Notes under the pieces: generated by a model
Told to the model about the DNA's origin: nothing
The model's database searches: none
Seen by the model: only the letters and a program-made list of their open reading frames with translations
Program-made: the position numbers and the translations under genes
Shown: positions 49,451 to 58,779 of the stretch, piece after piece
Layout of the letters: every line of letters begins with the position of its first letter
How positions within the stretch are numbered: position 1 is the stretch's first letter
From: an uncultured Candidatus Sumerlaeota bacterium
Lineage (GTDB): Bacteria > CAYMEV01
DNA: 64,000 nt
NCBI GenBank assembly: GCA_964389675.1
Contig: CAYMEV010000004.1
Span: forward strand, 1-64,000
Direction: 5' to 3'

Positions 49451-50245
49451 TTACAGCGCTTCATTCATGCTTCCGCTTCTAAATCCCCCGAGATCCAGCG
49501 CAGTGTATTTAAATCCTATTTCAGCAAACATCCTGCAGATCCTGTCAGAATTTTCCAGAACTGTCTGCATATCATTCTTATCAACCTCAATCCTCGCAGT
49601 ACAGGAATGGTACCTGACCCTTAAATTGCCCTTTACCAGCCCTTTCAGGAAGGATTCAGCAGTTTCCACCATATACAGCTTCTTTATGTCAATTTTCTCA
49701 TCATATGCTATCCTTGTTGCAAGGCAGGCCATGGAAGGCTTTTTTGAAAAGCATAGATGCAGATATTCCGATATATCACGAATTTCTTTCTTATTTACTG
49801 AAGCCAGCATGTATGGCTGGATCGCCCCTGATTCCTTTACTGCCCTGGTGCCTGGCCTGTAATCAGACAGGTCATCTGTATTGCTGCCTTCTATTATATT
49901 GCTCGTTCCAAACTCATGCGCATATGATCTCAATGCTTTGAATATCTCTTTCTTGCACCAGTAGCACCTATTTTTTGAATTTTTTATAAATCTCTGTCTG
50001 GATGAAAGGTCTATTTCAATAATTTTATGGCTGCATCCGATATTATCAGCTATCTTTTTTGCGCCATCGATTTCCTGTGCAGATACGACCATTGATCTGA
50101 CCGTTACTGCCACAAATCTATCCTTTAGCAGATCATGGCATATATAGGCAAGAAGACTACTGTCAACCCCTCCGCTGAAGGCAAGTATGGCACTTTCAAG
50201 CCCTGAAATTACTCCTCTTAATGCTTGATATTTCTCTATATACAT
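49451..50245 (-). CDS. larE: LarE-family ATP-dependent sulfur transferase (PP-loop)
   Basis: FSGGVDS, RCYWCK, DYRPG, KPSMACLATRI, RVR, GFRSGSMN. Confidence 0.88.
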   Translation of the reverse strand: MYIEKYQALRGVISGLESAILAFSGGVDSSLLAYICHDLLKDRFVAVTVRSMVVSAQEIDGAKKIADNIGCSHKIIEIDLSSRQRFIKNSKNRCYWCKKEIFKALRSYAHEFGTSNIIEGSNTDDLSDYRPGTRAVKESGAIQPYMLASVNKKEIRDISEYLHLCFSKKPSMACLATRIAYDEKIDIKKLYMVETAESFLKGLVKGNLRVRYHSCTARIEVDKNDMQTVLENSDRICRMFAEIGFKYTALDLGGFRSGSMNEAL

Positions 50246-50261
50246 AATATATCACCCTATC

Positions 50262-51335
50262 CTAAATCAGATTTTTTATTGTACCCCCTCCCATAACTGT
50301 ATTGTACCTGTAGAAAACCACAGACTGCCCGGGGGTCACAGCAAACTGAGGGAAAGCAAAACTGACCATGCATTCCTTCTTTTCATTGCAGGTTATCTCA
50401 GCATATACCGGCTCATGCTGATACCTTATCCTGGCCTTGAGCCGTATTTTATCAAATGCAGGGGTATTCCATGCAGTATCTTCAATCAAGACAGCTTTTG
50501 TAAATGCATCCTTTTTCTCCCCGACAATAATCTCATTTCTTTCCTTATCAATCTTTATAACATAAAGCGGGTATCCTTTTGCAATGTTCAGCCCCCGCCT
50601 CTGGCCCACAGTATAATTGATTATACCGTCATGCTTTCCCAGTATCCTGTTCTCCCTGTCCCTGATATAACCCGGAATGCAAATATTGCCTGGCATTGAT
50701 GATATAAAAGACCTGTAATCATTATTATCAATAAAACAGATCTCCTGGCTTTCTCTCATCTTCGTAAAACTGCCGGATATATTTTCGGCAAGCCCCATAA
50801 CTTCTGTCTTGTATAAATTTCCTAAGGGCATGATAATTCTCTTCAGCTGTTCATTTCCAAGCCTGTACAAAAAATATGACTGGTCCTTATGCTTATCCAG
50901 TGCCTTTTTCAGGACGAACAATCTTTTTTTCCTGTCATATTCCACCCTGGCATAATGTCCGGTAGCAATGCAGTCACACCTGAGTTCGTCCAGCCTCTGC
51001 AATAATATACCGAATTTAATGCTATAATTGCATTTTATGCAGGGATTGGGCGTCCTTCCTTCAATATATTCCCTGCAGAATGGATCAATAATCATTCTGT
51101 AGAACTCATTATGCACGTCAATCACAACAAGCTCTATGCCAAGCTTTCTGCAGATATCTTCAAGCATGTCCTCCCTGCCCTTCCAGACAGGCCTGGGCAG
51201 GTGATTCATTCTGAGGTATACCCCAAGAACATGAAAACCCTGCTTTTTCAGAATATAGGCTGTTACAGCAGAATCTACGCCTCCGCTCATCGCAACCGCA
51301 CATCGCATATTCCTGGATATTATCCCGTGCTTCAT
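50262..51335 (-). CDS. mnmA: tRNA-specific 2-thiouridylase
   Basis: MSGGVDS, TPNPCIKCN, ATGHY, KDQSYFL, ESQEICF, TVGQRRG, TPGQ. Confidence 0.96.
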   Translation of the reverse strand: MKHGIISRNMRCAVAMSGGVDSAVTAYILKKQGFHVLGVYLRMNHLPRPVWKGREDMLEDICRKLGIELVVIDVHNEFYRMIIDPFCREYIEGRTPNPCIKCNYSIKFGILLQRLDELRCDCIATGHYARVEYDRKKRLFVLKKALDKHKDQSYFLYRLGNEQLKRIIMPLGNLYKTEVMGLAENISGSFTKMRESQEICFIDNNDYRSFISSMPGNICIPGYIRDRENRILGKHDGIINYTVGQRRGLNIAKGYPLYVIKIDKERNEIIVGEKKDAFTKAVLIEDTAWNTPAFDKIRLKARIRYQHEPVYAEITCNEKKECMVSFAFPQFAVTPGQSVVFYRYNTVMGGGTIKNLI

Positions 51336-51340
51336 AAAGA

Positions 51341-52765
51341 TCAGCCCCTGTTGATCACCATGAGTTTTGTCTCCAGCATTTCCCTTGCAGCGTACATTAT
51401 GCCCTCTCTCCCTGAGCCGGAATCTTTGACACCGCCATAAGGCATGGAATCAGAACGGAATGTAGGTATATCATTAACTATAAGGCCTCCAATATCTATA
51501 TTCTCGAATACATGCCCTGTCTCATCCATGCTGTCTGAGAATATTCCGGCCTGCAGGCCGTATTTTGAAGAATTAATAATATTGATCACATCATTTATAT
51601 CCTTATATGGCTTTATTATAACCCCCGGGCCGAAGAGCTCCTCAGTTTCAACCTTCATATCCCTGCTGGTATTTTCAATGACAAAAGGGGTTATTATATT
51701 ACCGGTATAAGAGGGTTTCAGAGATAATCTTGCTCCCTTTTTCTCGGCTTCTTCAACCCATTCCCCTATCCTGCTGAAGGAGTCCTTATCAATTATAGGC
51801 CCGATCACAGTATCCTCTTTCAAAGGGTCACCACATTTCAGTTTTTTCGCTTCATCTATAAACCTGTCCAGGAACTCATTATAGATCCTGCTGTGTACAT
51901 GTATCAGCTGTATTGAAATGCATACCTGCCCTGAATAGCTGAATGCTCCTTTTACGCATCTTTTCACAGCATTATTAATATCTGCATTTTCTGATATTAT
52001 GCATGAGGCATTTCCCCCCAGCTCCAGAGTCGATTTTACCCGGCAGGCCTTTTTCTTCAGCTCCCATCCGATCTCTGCACTGCCTGTGAATGAAAACTTT
52101 TTTATCTCCCTGCTTGCGAGTATAATATCCACATCCTCTTTTCTTGAAGGAATGAAGTTATAGAAATAATCAGGAAGCCCTGCCTCTGATACAATCTTTG
52201 CAAGCAGGTATCCGCTGACAGGTGTTTTTGAGGAGGGACGGTGTATAACAGGGCATCCCAGGGCAATAGCGGGTGCTATTTTATGAACTGCAAGGTTAAG
52301 CGGGAAATTAAAGGGCGTTATTGCAAAAACAGGCCCTACGGGTACATAATGAACATAGCCTGTTCTTGAATCACCGCCGGGATTACTTGACAGGTCTATA
52401 ATTTCTCCTTTTATATGCTCACATATGCTCAGGGAATGGCTTAAAACATTTATAGCCCTGCTGACCTCAATTCTTGAATCAGAAATAGGCTTCCCGGCCT
52501 CCAATGATATAATCCCGGCAATTTTTCCTGCATTATCCCGCAGACTGCTTATTATTCGAGAAATAGCAGTTTTCCTGGCAGATATGCTCATTCTTCTTGC
52601 GGTATTAAATGCACTTCCAATATTCTCCAGTATCTCCTTTATATCTTTCTCATCTGCTATGCATTGATCAGCAAGATATTCACCATTATAAGGATTTATT
52701 ACCTTAATGGTTTTTTCCGTGAACCTTTCACTGTTGTTTACTATAATCGGGTATTTTCCCAGCAT
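51341..52765 (-). CDS. Aldehyde dehydrogenase family protein
   Basis: ITPFNFP, FTGS, LELGGN, GQVCIS, EELFGP, YGGVKDSG. Confidence 0.95.
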   Translation of the reverse strand: MLGKYPIIVNNSERFTEKTIKVINPYNGEYLADQCIADEKDIKEILENIGSAFNTARRMSISARKTAISRIISSLRDNAGKIAGIISLEAGKPISDSRIEVSRAINVLSHSLSICEHIKGEIIDLSSNPGGDSRTGYVHYVPVGPVFAITPFNFPLNLAVHKIAPAIALGCPVIHRPSSKTPVSGYLLAKIVSEAGLPDYFYNFIPSRKEDVDIILASREIKKFSFTGSAEIGWELKKKACRVKSTLELGGNASCIISENADINNAVKRCVKGAFSYSGQVCISIQLIHVHSRIYNEFLDRFIDEAKKLKCGDPLKEDTVIGPIIDKDSFSRIGEWVEEAEKKGARLSLKPSYTGNIITPFVIENTSRDMKVETEELFGPGVIIKPYKDINDVINIINSSKYGLQAGIFSDSMDETGHVFENIDIGGLIVNDIPTFRSDSMPYGGVKDSGSGREGIMYAAREMLETKLMVINRG

Positions 52766-52781
52766 AAAAGCCTCCCTTTTT

Positions 52782-53630
52782 TCATTTGCTTATTGGTTTT
52801 ATCATTAAAAGACATGGGTTTGCATTTCCCCAGTGGTTTTTCAGTTCTTCCAGGGGGTAAAAACCCGCGCCTGCATAAAAATTTCTTGTTCTCCGGTAAT
52901 TTTCATCCGGGTGAGAAGGGCCCAGGGTCTTAACCGTCAAAAAAAGGCTGTTCTTTTCTCTCAGCATATCGCAGGAGTGATTTACAAGCATCTTTCCTAT
53001 TCCTCTGTTCTGAAGCTCTTTGTATATTCCGGTGACATAGATCTCACTGCAGTATTTATTGTGCTCCTTAAGCGATATAAAACCAACCGGTATATTGCCA
53101 ATACATGCTGTAAAGAAAATTGTATCCGCAACTCCATCAGCATACTCCATTACTGCTGATTCTATGCCGAACCATTCCCCCAGTTCATGAAGGATATCAA
53201 GACAATGTTTTCTCTTCTCCATATCATCTGAAATTTCCTTAATGGAAACGAAACTGCGGGGATCATTCCTTACATCACGCTGCATTTCCGCACACAGGCT
53301 GAGCCATTTTGAGCTGTATTTTTCCGTATCAAGTATCCTGTCACCCAGATCATCTATTTTAAATATTTTATTCTCCATGCACCATTTAATGCATATCAGG
53401 TATGAGAGCCAGTCAAGTTCATCATTATCATGGCATACTTCTATCTCTCCGATACCTCTCTTTTTCAGGACGAACGCCCTTGTATGGCCGTCAGTAAAAA
53501 ATGTCACTCCGCCTATTGTCTTTACAGGTACAGGTCCGATTTCAGGATTTTCATCTATTTCATTGCTGACCAGCTGGATTTTTTCCCGGCATAAAAAAAG
53601 CTGGCTGGGCTGTATATCGCTTATATTCAT
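52782..53630 (-). CDS. ParB/Srx-like domain fused to a GNAT acetyltransferase
   Basis: IQPSQ...TDGHTRA at the N-terminus; QNRGIGK acetyl-CoA motif and FYAGAGF at the C-terminus. Start at ATG 53630 is assumed; the ORF is open to 53663. Confidence 0.78.
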   Translation of the reverse strand: MNISDIQPSQLFLCREKIQLVSNEIDENPEIGPVPVKTIGGVTFFTDGHTRAFVLKKRGIGEIEVCHDNDELDWLSYLICIKWCMENKIFKIDDLGDRILDTEKYSSKWLSLCAEMQRDVRNDPRSFVSIKEISDDMEKRKHCLDILHELGEWFGIESAVMEYADGVADTIFFTACIGNIPVGFISLKEHNKYCSEIYVTGIYKELQNRGIGKMLVNHSCDMLREKNSLFLTVKTLGPSHPDENYRRTRNFYAGAGFYPLEELKNHWGNANPCLLMIKPISK

Positions 53631-53842
53631 GCTGTATTTTCCGCGTTTATCTGATAAATCCAAGAAAAGACCCCCGAAGACTGTAAAAAGAATCGCTCTT
53701 ATCCCTAAATGATATTTATTTAGCTAAAATATGCAAAAAATTTATTCTTTACAAATTTTAAGGTGATGGGCTAAGATAATAAACCTGACAAATTAATGTC
53801 TGTTCAGCATTTAATAGAATAGAAATTCAAGGAGAACCTGAT

Positions 53843-54976
53843 ATGAAACTGCTTCTTAAAAATGGAAGTTATCATGACCTGGATAAGCAGAAGCTTATAC
53901 ATAAGGATATTTTAATAATTGACGGTAAAATAGCAAAGATGGAAAGGAATATTAAAAAACCCCCCGGCTGCGAAGTAATAGATATTGAAAACAGGACCGC
54001 TCTTCCGGGATTTATAGACCCGCATACACATTTGGGAATGGTACAGAATGGATACCACCTGTTCTTAAGTGACTATAATGAGTATTATTCCTTTTCTTAT
54101 CCTTCACTGAATGCAATAGACGGTATTTATCACCTGGATAGTGCATTTGATGACCTCAGGCAATATGGCACGACAACAATTTGCGTGGCTCCAGGCTCAA
54201 AGAATGTTATCGGGGGCATAGTAATAGCGCTGAAACCATATAAAGGTCGAATTATAGATGACATGGTCATCAAAAATCCGATCGGGCTCAAATGCGCTTT
54301 GGGGGAGAACCCCAAAAGGGATTCTGATAAAAAGAATCAGCACAGTTCTCGAATGGGCAATCTGTATGTCCTGAGAAAGGCACTCTATTGTGCAAGGGAT
54401 TATCTGGAAAAAAAGGATATGAATAAGAATTTTGATGTGGACATGGAGGTACTGGCTGATGTAATAGAGAGGAAAATACCGTTAAGGATGCACGCTCACA
54501 GGTCTGATGATATTATCTCGGCTATCAGGATAAAAAAGGAATTCAATATTGACATCATTATAGAGCATGCAACAGAAGCTCATCTGATTGCGCAGCATGT
54601 CAGGGATCATGGCATACCTCTCATTTTAGGGCCAAACCTCGGGGCAAGGTCAAAACAGGAAACATACAAAAGGTCCTGGAATGCTCCCCTGATACTCAAA
54701 GAAAACAATGTTCTTTTCTCTTTCATGACTGATTATCCCGTAATAAGTTCATATCTGCTTCCATATGCATCAGGGATCTATTTAAGATATGGCTTATCCT
54801 TCTATGATGCACTCAGGGCAATTACGATCAATCCGGCAAAGATACTCGGGCTTGACGATAGGATCGGTTCTATTGAAGAAGGCAAGGATGCTGATATTCT
54901 TGTTTACAGCGGGGATCCCTTCCACATAGGGAGTGTTCCGGAGATTGTCTTAATTGAGGGAGAAAAGGTTAATTGA
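53843..54976 (+). CDS. Amidohydrolase family protein
   Basis: PGFIDPHTH, KCALGENP, HAHR, EHA, TDYP, GKDAD. Confidence 0.92.
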   Translation: MKLLLKNGSYHDLDKQKLIHKDILIIDGKIAKMERNIKKPPGCEVIDIENRTALPGFIDPHTHLGMVQNGYHLFLSDYNEYYSFSYPSLNAIDGIYHLDSAFDDLRQYGTTTICVAPGSKNVIGGIVIALKPYKGRIIDDMVIKNPIGLKCALGENPKRDSDKKNQHSSRMGNLYVLRKALYCARDYLEKKDMNKNFDVDMEVLADVIERKIPLRMHAHRSDDIISAIRIKKEFNIDIIIEHATEAHLIAQHVRDHGIPLILGPNLGARSKQETYKRSWNAPLILKENNVLFSFMTDYPVISSYLLPYASGIYLRYGLSFYDALRAITINPAKILGLDDRIGSIEEGKDADILVYSGDPFHIGSVPEIVLIEGEKVN

Positions 54977-57150
54977 AAAAAATCAGAATCATGCTTTCAG
55001 CAATCCTTTTCATCCTGGCATATAGCAATATAGCCAGGCTTTCCGCCGCAGAGGATGCAGAAGTATTATTCCTGAAATTGATAAGGGATAATTCTTACAA
55101 GGAGGCTTATTCAATCTATGAGACGGTCTGCAACGATTCATTCCAAGACATATTGGATTATTACAGATTAAAGATTGAAATTGAGCTTGGAATTACAGAT
55201 AAAGCGCTCGAAAGCTTTTTTGATAAAAAGTGGATGCCATTTGCAAAACCTCAGGATTACAGGGAATTTTTTAATTTTTTCATCCACAGGCAGGACATTG
55301 CATATAAAGAAAGCATTATATCTTTTGTAAACATATATTACCCTGATCCTTATAAATATGCTGCCTTGCTTGATTATGCAGTCTATCTTAAAGAAAAGGG
55401 CAATATCATAAAATCACATGAGATACTGGATATAATAGCCAGACGCAAGGGATACAGCTGGGAGAAGAGGAAAGCTCTTATTATGCTTTATGAAATCGAG
55501 GACAAAACATCCCTGAAGCTATCTGACCTTAAAAAAAGGACAGGCCTGTGCCTTGAGTTAAGGCTGCTGTCAATCGCGGAGGATTATATCGATTATATGC
55601 ATAATAACCTGGGATTAAGCGAGTTTGATTACCATATGCTTATTGCTGAGCTTAAGCACCGGCATGAGGATTATCAGGAAAGCCTCAGGCATTATGTTCT
55701 TGCCCGCAAATATATTACCGACCCAAAGGAAGACTCACCGCTTCATTTTAAGATACTCCTGAGATACCTTTATCTGGGATTATTTAATGAAGGCCTCGAA
55801 TATGCAGATGATCACTATAATCATCTTGAAAGGAAATACAAAGCCTATTTCCTTCTGACAAAGATAAGGCTCCTTTCGCTTCTTGAAAGGTATGGCGAAG
55901 CAGAAAAAACCTATATACTGCTTATAGATAAATTCAGGAAATACAGGGATATATGCTCCACAGCACAGCTTTCACTTGCAAGCTATCTAGTATTTATTAA
56001 AGACTTTGAATCAGCATCTGAGATACTTTCAGGCAACCTAACGCGCCATGAGGGTTACAGGCAGAACAAACTTCTTCTCAAGGCAATTATTCATAAAGCC
56101 GGGGATGATAATATGAAGGCTCTGGAAGATCTGCAGAATCTCATTGGGATCAATGCCAGCAGCTATTATTCAGTATTCGCATTTGATTTATTAAAATCCT
56201 TTCCTGCAGAGGAAGTAAAAAGGATCAAAGGCCTTGAGGTCTTTTTTAACAGCTTTAGAACCGGGGTTGATCTCAGTTATATATCAGAAAACTATGATTT
56301 AAGCAGCAGACAGTCAGTATTACTCAGGCAGGCATATGATCTTGAGCAAAAAGGGATTAAATGCTTTATAGAAAGCATAAAGGCTTTATCAGGTGAAGAT
56401 GCAGTACTTCAAAATTCTGTCGATACTGTAATCCGGCTCATGGAAAACTCATTCTTTGATGAAGCAATACATATACTGAAAAACATAAGGTCAGATGACA
56501 TAATGATAAAAAACATGGTCTTTTTGTCCAGCATCTACCTTATAAGCAGGCATCAGGAGCCTTATATGGCCCTGAAACTGGCTGAAAGCAGCGATCTCAT
56601 GAAAAGCCGGAACATCCCTTTCATAATTCTACCAGGCTATCTCAGGACAGCATTATACCCCTGTGATTATATGCCATATGTGCTGAAGTACCTCAAGGAC
56701 CCGGACATCTCGCCCTTCTTCGTTCTCGCCGTTATGAGGGAGGAAAGCCGTTTTCAGCCAGCTATTGTATCATGGGCAGGAGCTATCGGCCTGATGCAGC
56801 TTCTTGAGGATACTGCATTAAGGTTTATTAAAGCTGATGATAATACTGATATTGATGCAATTCTGGATAAGGGTAATAATGTGAAAATCGGTATTGAATA
56901 CATAAAAGACCTGTATGATGAATTTAAAAGCCTTGATTTTGTTGCAGTAGCATATAATGCCGGTGAAAAAAGAAAAAGGCTGCTCTATCTTGAATCTGAC
57001 CATCCCCTTAAATATTTTCTGCTTTCCAATATTGTATGGTTCCCTGAAACAAGGCATTATCTAAGAAAGGTCTGGTCAAGCTATATCATTTACCAGCTGG
57101 TTTATCAGCATTCTATTCTTAAATTCATAAAAAGATTGAACAGATCATGA
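54973..57150 (+). CDS. Soluble lytic murein transglycosylase with a helical N-terminal region
   Basis: AVMREESRF (catalytic Glu), GLMQL, AYNAG, ETRHY; signal peptide. Confidence 0.88.
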   Translation: MKKIRIMLSAILFILAYSNIARLSAAEDAEVLFLKLIRDNSYKEAYSIYETVCNDSFQDILDYYRLKIEIELGITDKALESFFDKKWMPFAKPQDYREFFNFFIHRQDIAYKESIISFVNIYYPDPYKYAALLDYAVYLKEKGNIIKSHEILDIIARRKGYSWEKRKALIMLYEIEDKTSLKLSDLKKRTGLCLELRLLSIAEDYIDYMHNNLGLSEFDYHMLIAELKHRHEDYQESLRHYVLARKYITDPKEDSPLHFKILLRYLYLGLFNEGLEYADDHYNHLERKYKAYFLLTKIRLLSLLERYGEAEKTYILLIDKFRKYRDICSTAQLSLASYLVFIKDFESASEILSGNLTRHEGYRQNKLLLKAIIHKAGDDNMKALEDLQNLIGINASSYYSVFAFDLLKSFPAEEVKRIKGLEVFFNSFRTGVDLSYISENYDLSSRQSVLLRQAYDLEQKGIKCFIESIKALSGEDAVLQNSVDTVIRLMENSFFDEAIHILKNIRSDDIMIKNMVFLSSIYLISRHQEPYMALKLAESSDLMKSRNIPFIILPGYLRTALYPCDYMPYVLKYLKDPDISPFFVLAVMREESRFQPAIVSWAGAIGLMQLLEDTALRFIKADDNTDIDAILDKGNNVKIGIEYIKDLYDEFKSLDFVAVAYNAGEKRKRLLYLESDHPLKYFLLSNIVWFPETRHYLRKVWSSYIIYQLVYQHSILKFIKRLNRS

Positions 57151-57228
57151 TTCACCTATAATATTCATGTAAATATATTGTTAAAAACCTGTAAAGGGTA
57201 AACTTAAAAACCGGAGTTATCATGGAAT

Positions 57229-58761
57229 ATGAAAAATACAATAATTAAAAATGCTCATATCTTTTGCCAGGACAGATTTATTACAGGGGATATAATGATA
57301 TATGACAATATAATAAGAGAAATAGGGATCATAAATCTCAGTGAGATAGACAGGTCAGGATTTGACATAGTAAAACTTGATAATAACACTGTAATACCTG
57401 CATTTTTCGATGCACATACGCATTTCTACAGCTATGCATTATCACTTAACTGCCTGAATATTGAAGAATGCGGAAGCATTGATGATATAAGGGACTCGCT
57501 TATCAGTTTCATAAAAGAAAATGACAGGGAGGTAATATTCGGCAGGGGCTGGAGCAAATCCATCTCAAACAAGAATTATCCTACAAGGTTTGATATTGAT
57601 GATATATCAGGCGACAGGATCATAATGCTTGAAAGCAAGGATAGCCACAGTGTTATACTGAACTCCAGGGCCCTGGAGTTTTGCGGGATTGGTGATGATA
57701 CATATATTGAAAACGGAATAATAGAGAGGGACAGTAATAACCGGATAAATGGCCTCCTTGCCGAAAATGCGGTAAAGCTTTCAAAGCCGATCTATGACAG
57801 GCTTTACAGGCTTGATGAAAAATCAGCGATCGATGCTGTTGAACATGCTTCCAGGAGGCTTCTGGAGCTTGGGATTACCTCCATTTTCAATGTTGAAGAC
57901 ATATTTTCCACCTGCAGGATCCTTAAAGCGATCAGGCAAGGCCGTTTTTACCAGAATTTACTTACTACCATACCTGAACAGGAACTGAACGAGATTGATT
58001 CAATACCATATAGAAAACTTTTAAGGGGAGTCAAGTGCTTCATGGACGGAGCACTGGGAAACCTGGAAGCTGCAATGGCAGAGCCATACCTGAATCATGA
58101 AAATAGCACCGGGGTATTAACAAAGAGCTATAATGGCCTTCTTGCCAGTATTGAGATGTCCTGCAAAGAAGGGCTTCCTGTAGTGGTACATGCAATCGGG
58201 GATAAAGCCAACAGGACTGTGCTGGATGCCCTGAAGGAGTCTAAAGAGAGAAAGCTGGAATATCCGGACAGGATTGAGCATGCTCAACTCCTGTTTCCTG
58301 ATTTTATCAGCAATAATTATCCTGAGGATATTGTGTTCTCTATGCAGCCTTCCCATCTTCTGACTGATATTAAGCCCATCAGGAAATTCTGGGGGGAGGA
58401 CCGGGCAAAGTATGCTTTTGCCTTTAATACCATACTGGGCAATGGAAACAGGCTGATCTTTGGTACGGATACCCCCATAGAGAAGCCGGACCCATTATAC
58501 GGCATCTACGCAGCAGTTAAAAGAAGGGACAAGGATAATTACCCAGAAACGCCATTCATGCCGGAGCAGGCCCTGTCACCAGAAAAGGCTCTTGCGAGCT
58601 ATACAACGATACCTCATGGAATTTACGGGGAGGATAATGCAATTAAGATAGGAAATAGTCCAAACTTCATTGTTTACAACAGGCATATCCGCTTTGAAAG
58701 CTTAAAGTATGAAGACCTCTCCGATTTGAATGTTGTTTCGGTTTTCCGCCCGGGGCAATAG
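57229..58761 (+). CDS. Amidohydrolase 3 (YtcJ-like)
   Basis: DAHTH, KCFMDGALG, HAIGD, RIEHAQ, SMQPSH, FGTDTP. Confidence 0.9.
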   Translation: MKNTIIKNAHIFCQDRFITGDIMIYDNIIREIGIINLSEIDRSGFDIVKLDNNTVIPAFFDAHTHFYSYALSLNCLNIEECGSIDDIRDSLISFIKENDREVIFGRGWSKSISNKNYPTRFDIDDISGDRIIMLESKDSHSVILNSRALEFCGIGDDTYIENGIIERDSNNRINGLLAENAVKLSKPIYDRLYRLDEKSAIDAVEHASRRLLELGITSIFNVEDIFSTCRILKAIRQGRFYQNLLTTIPEQELNEIDSIPYRKLLRGVKCFMDGALGNLEAAMAEPYLNHENSTGVLTKSYNGLLASIEMSCKEGLPVVVHAIGDKANRTVLDALKESKERKLEYPDRIEHAQLLFPDFISNNYPEDIVFSMQPSHLLTDIKPIRKFWGEDRAKYAFAFNTILGNGNRLIFGTDTPIEKPDPLYGIYAAVKRRDKDNYPETPFMPEQALSPEKALASYTTIPHGIYGEDNAIKIGNSPNFIVYNRHIRFESLKYEDLSDLNVVSVFRPGQ

Positions 58762-58779
58762 GCATATGATCAGGCCATC

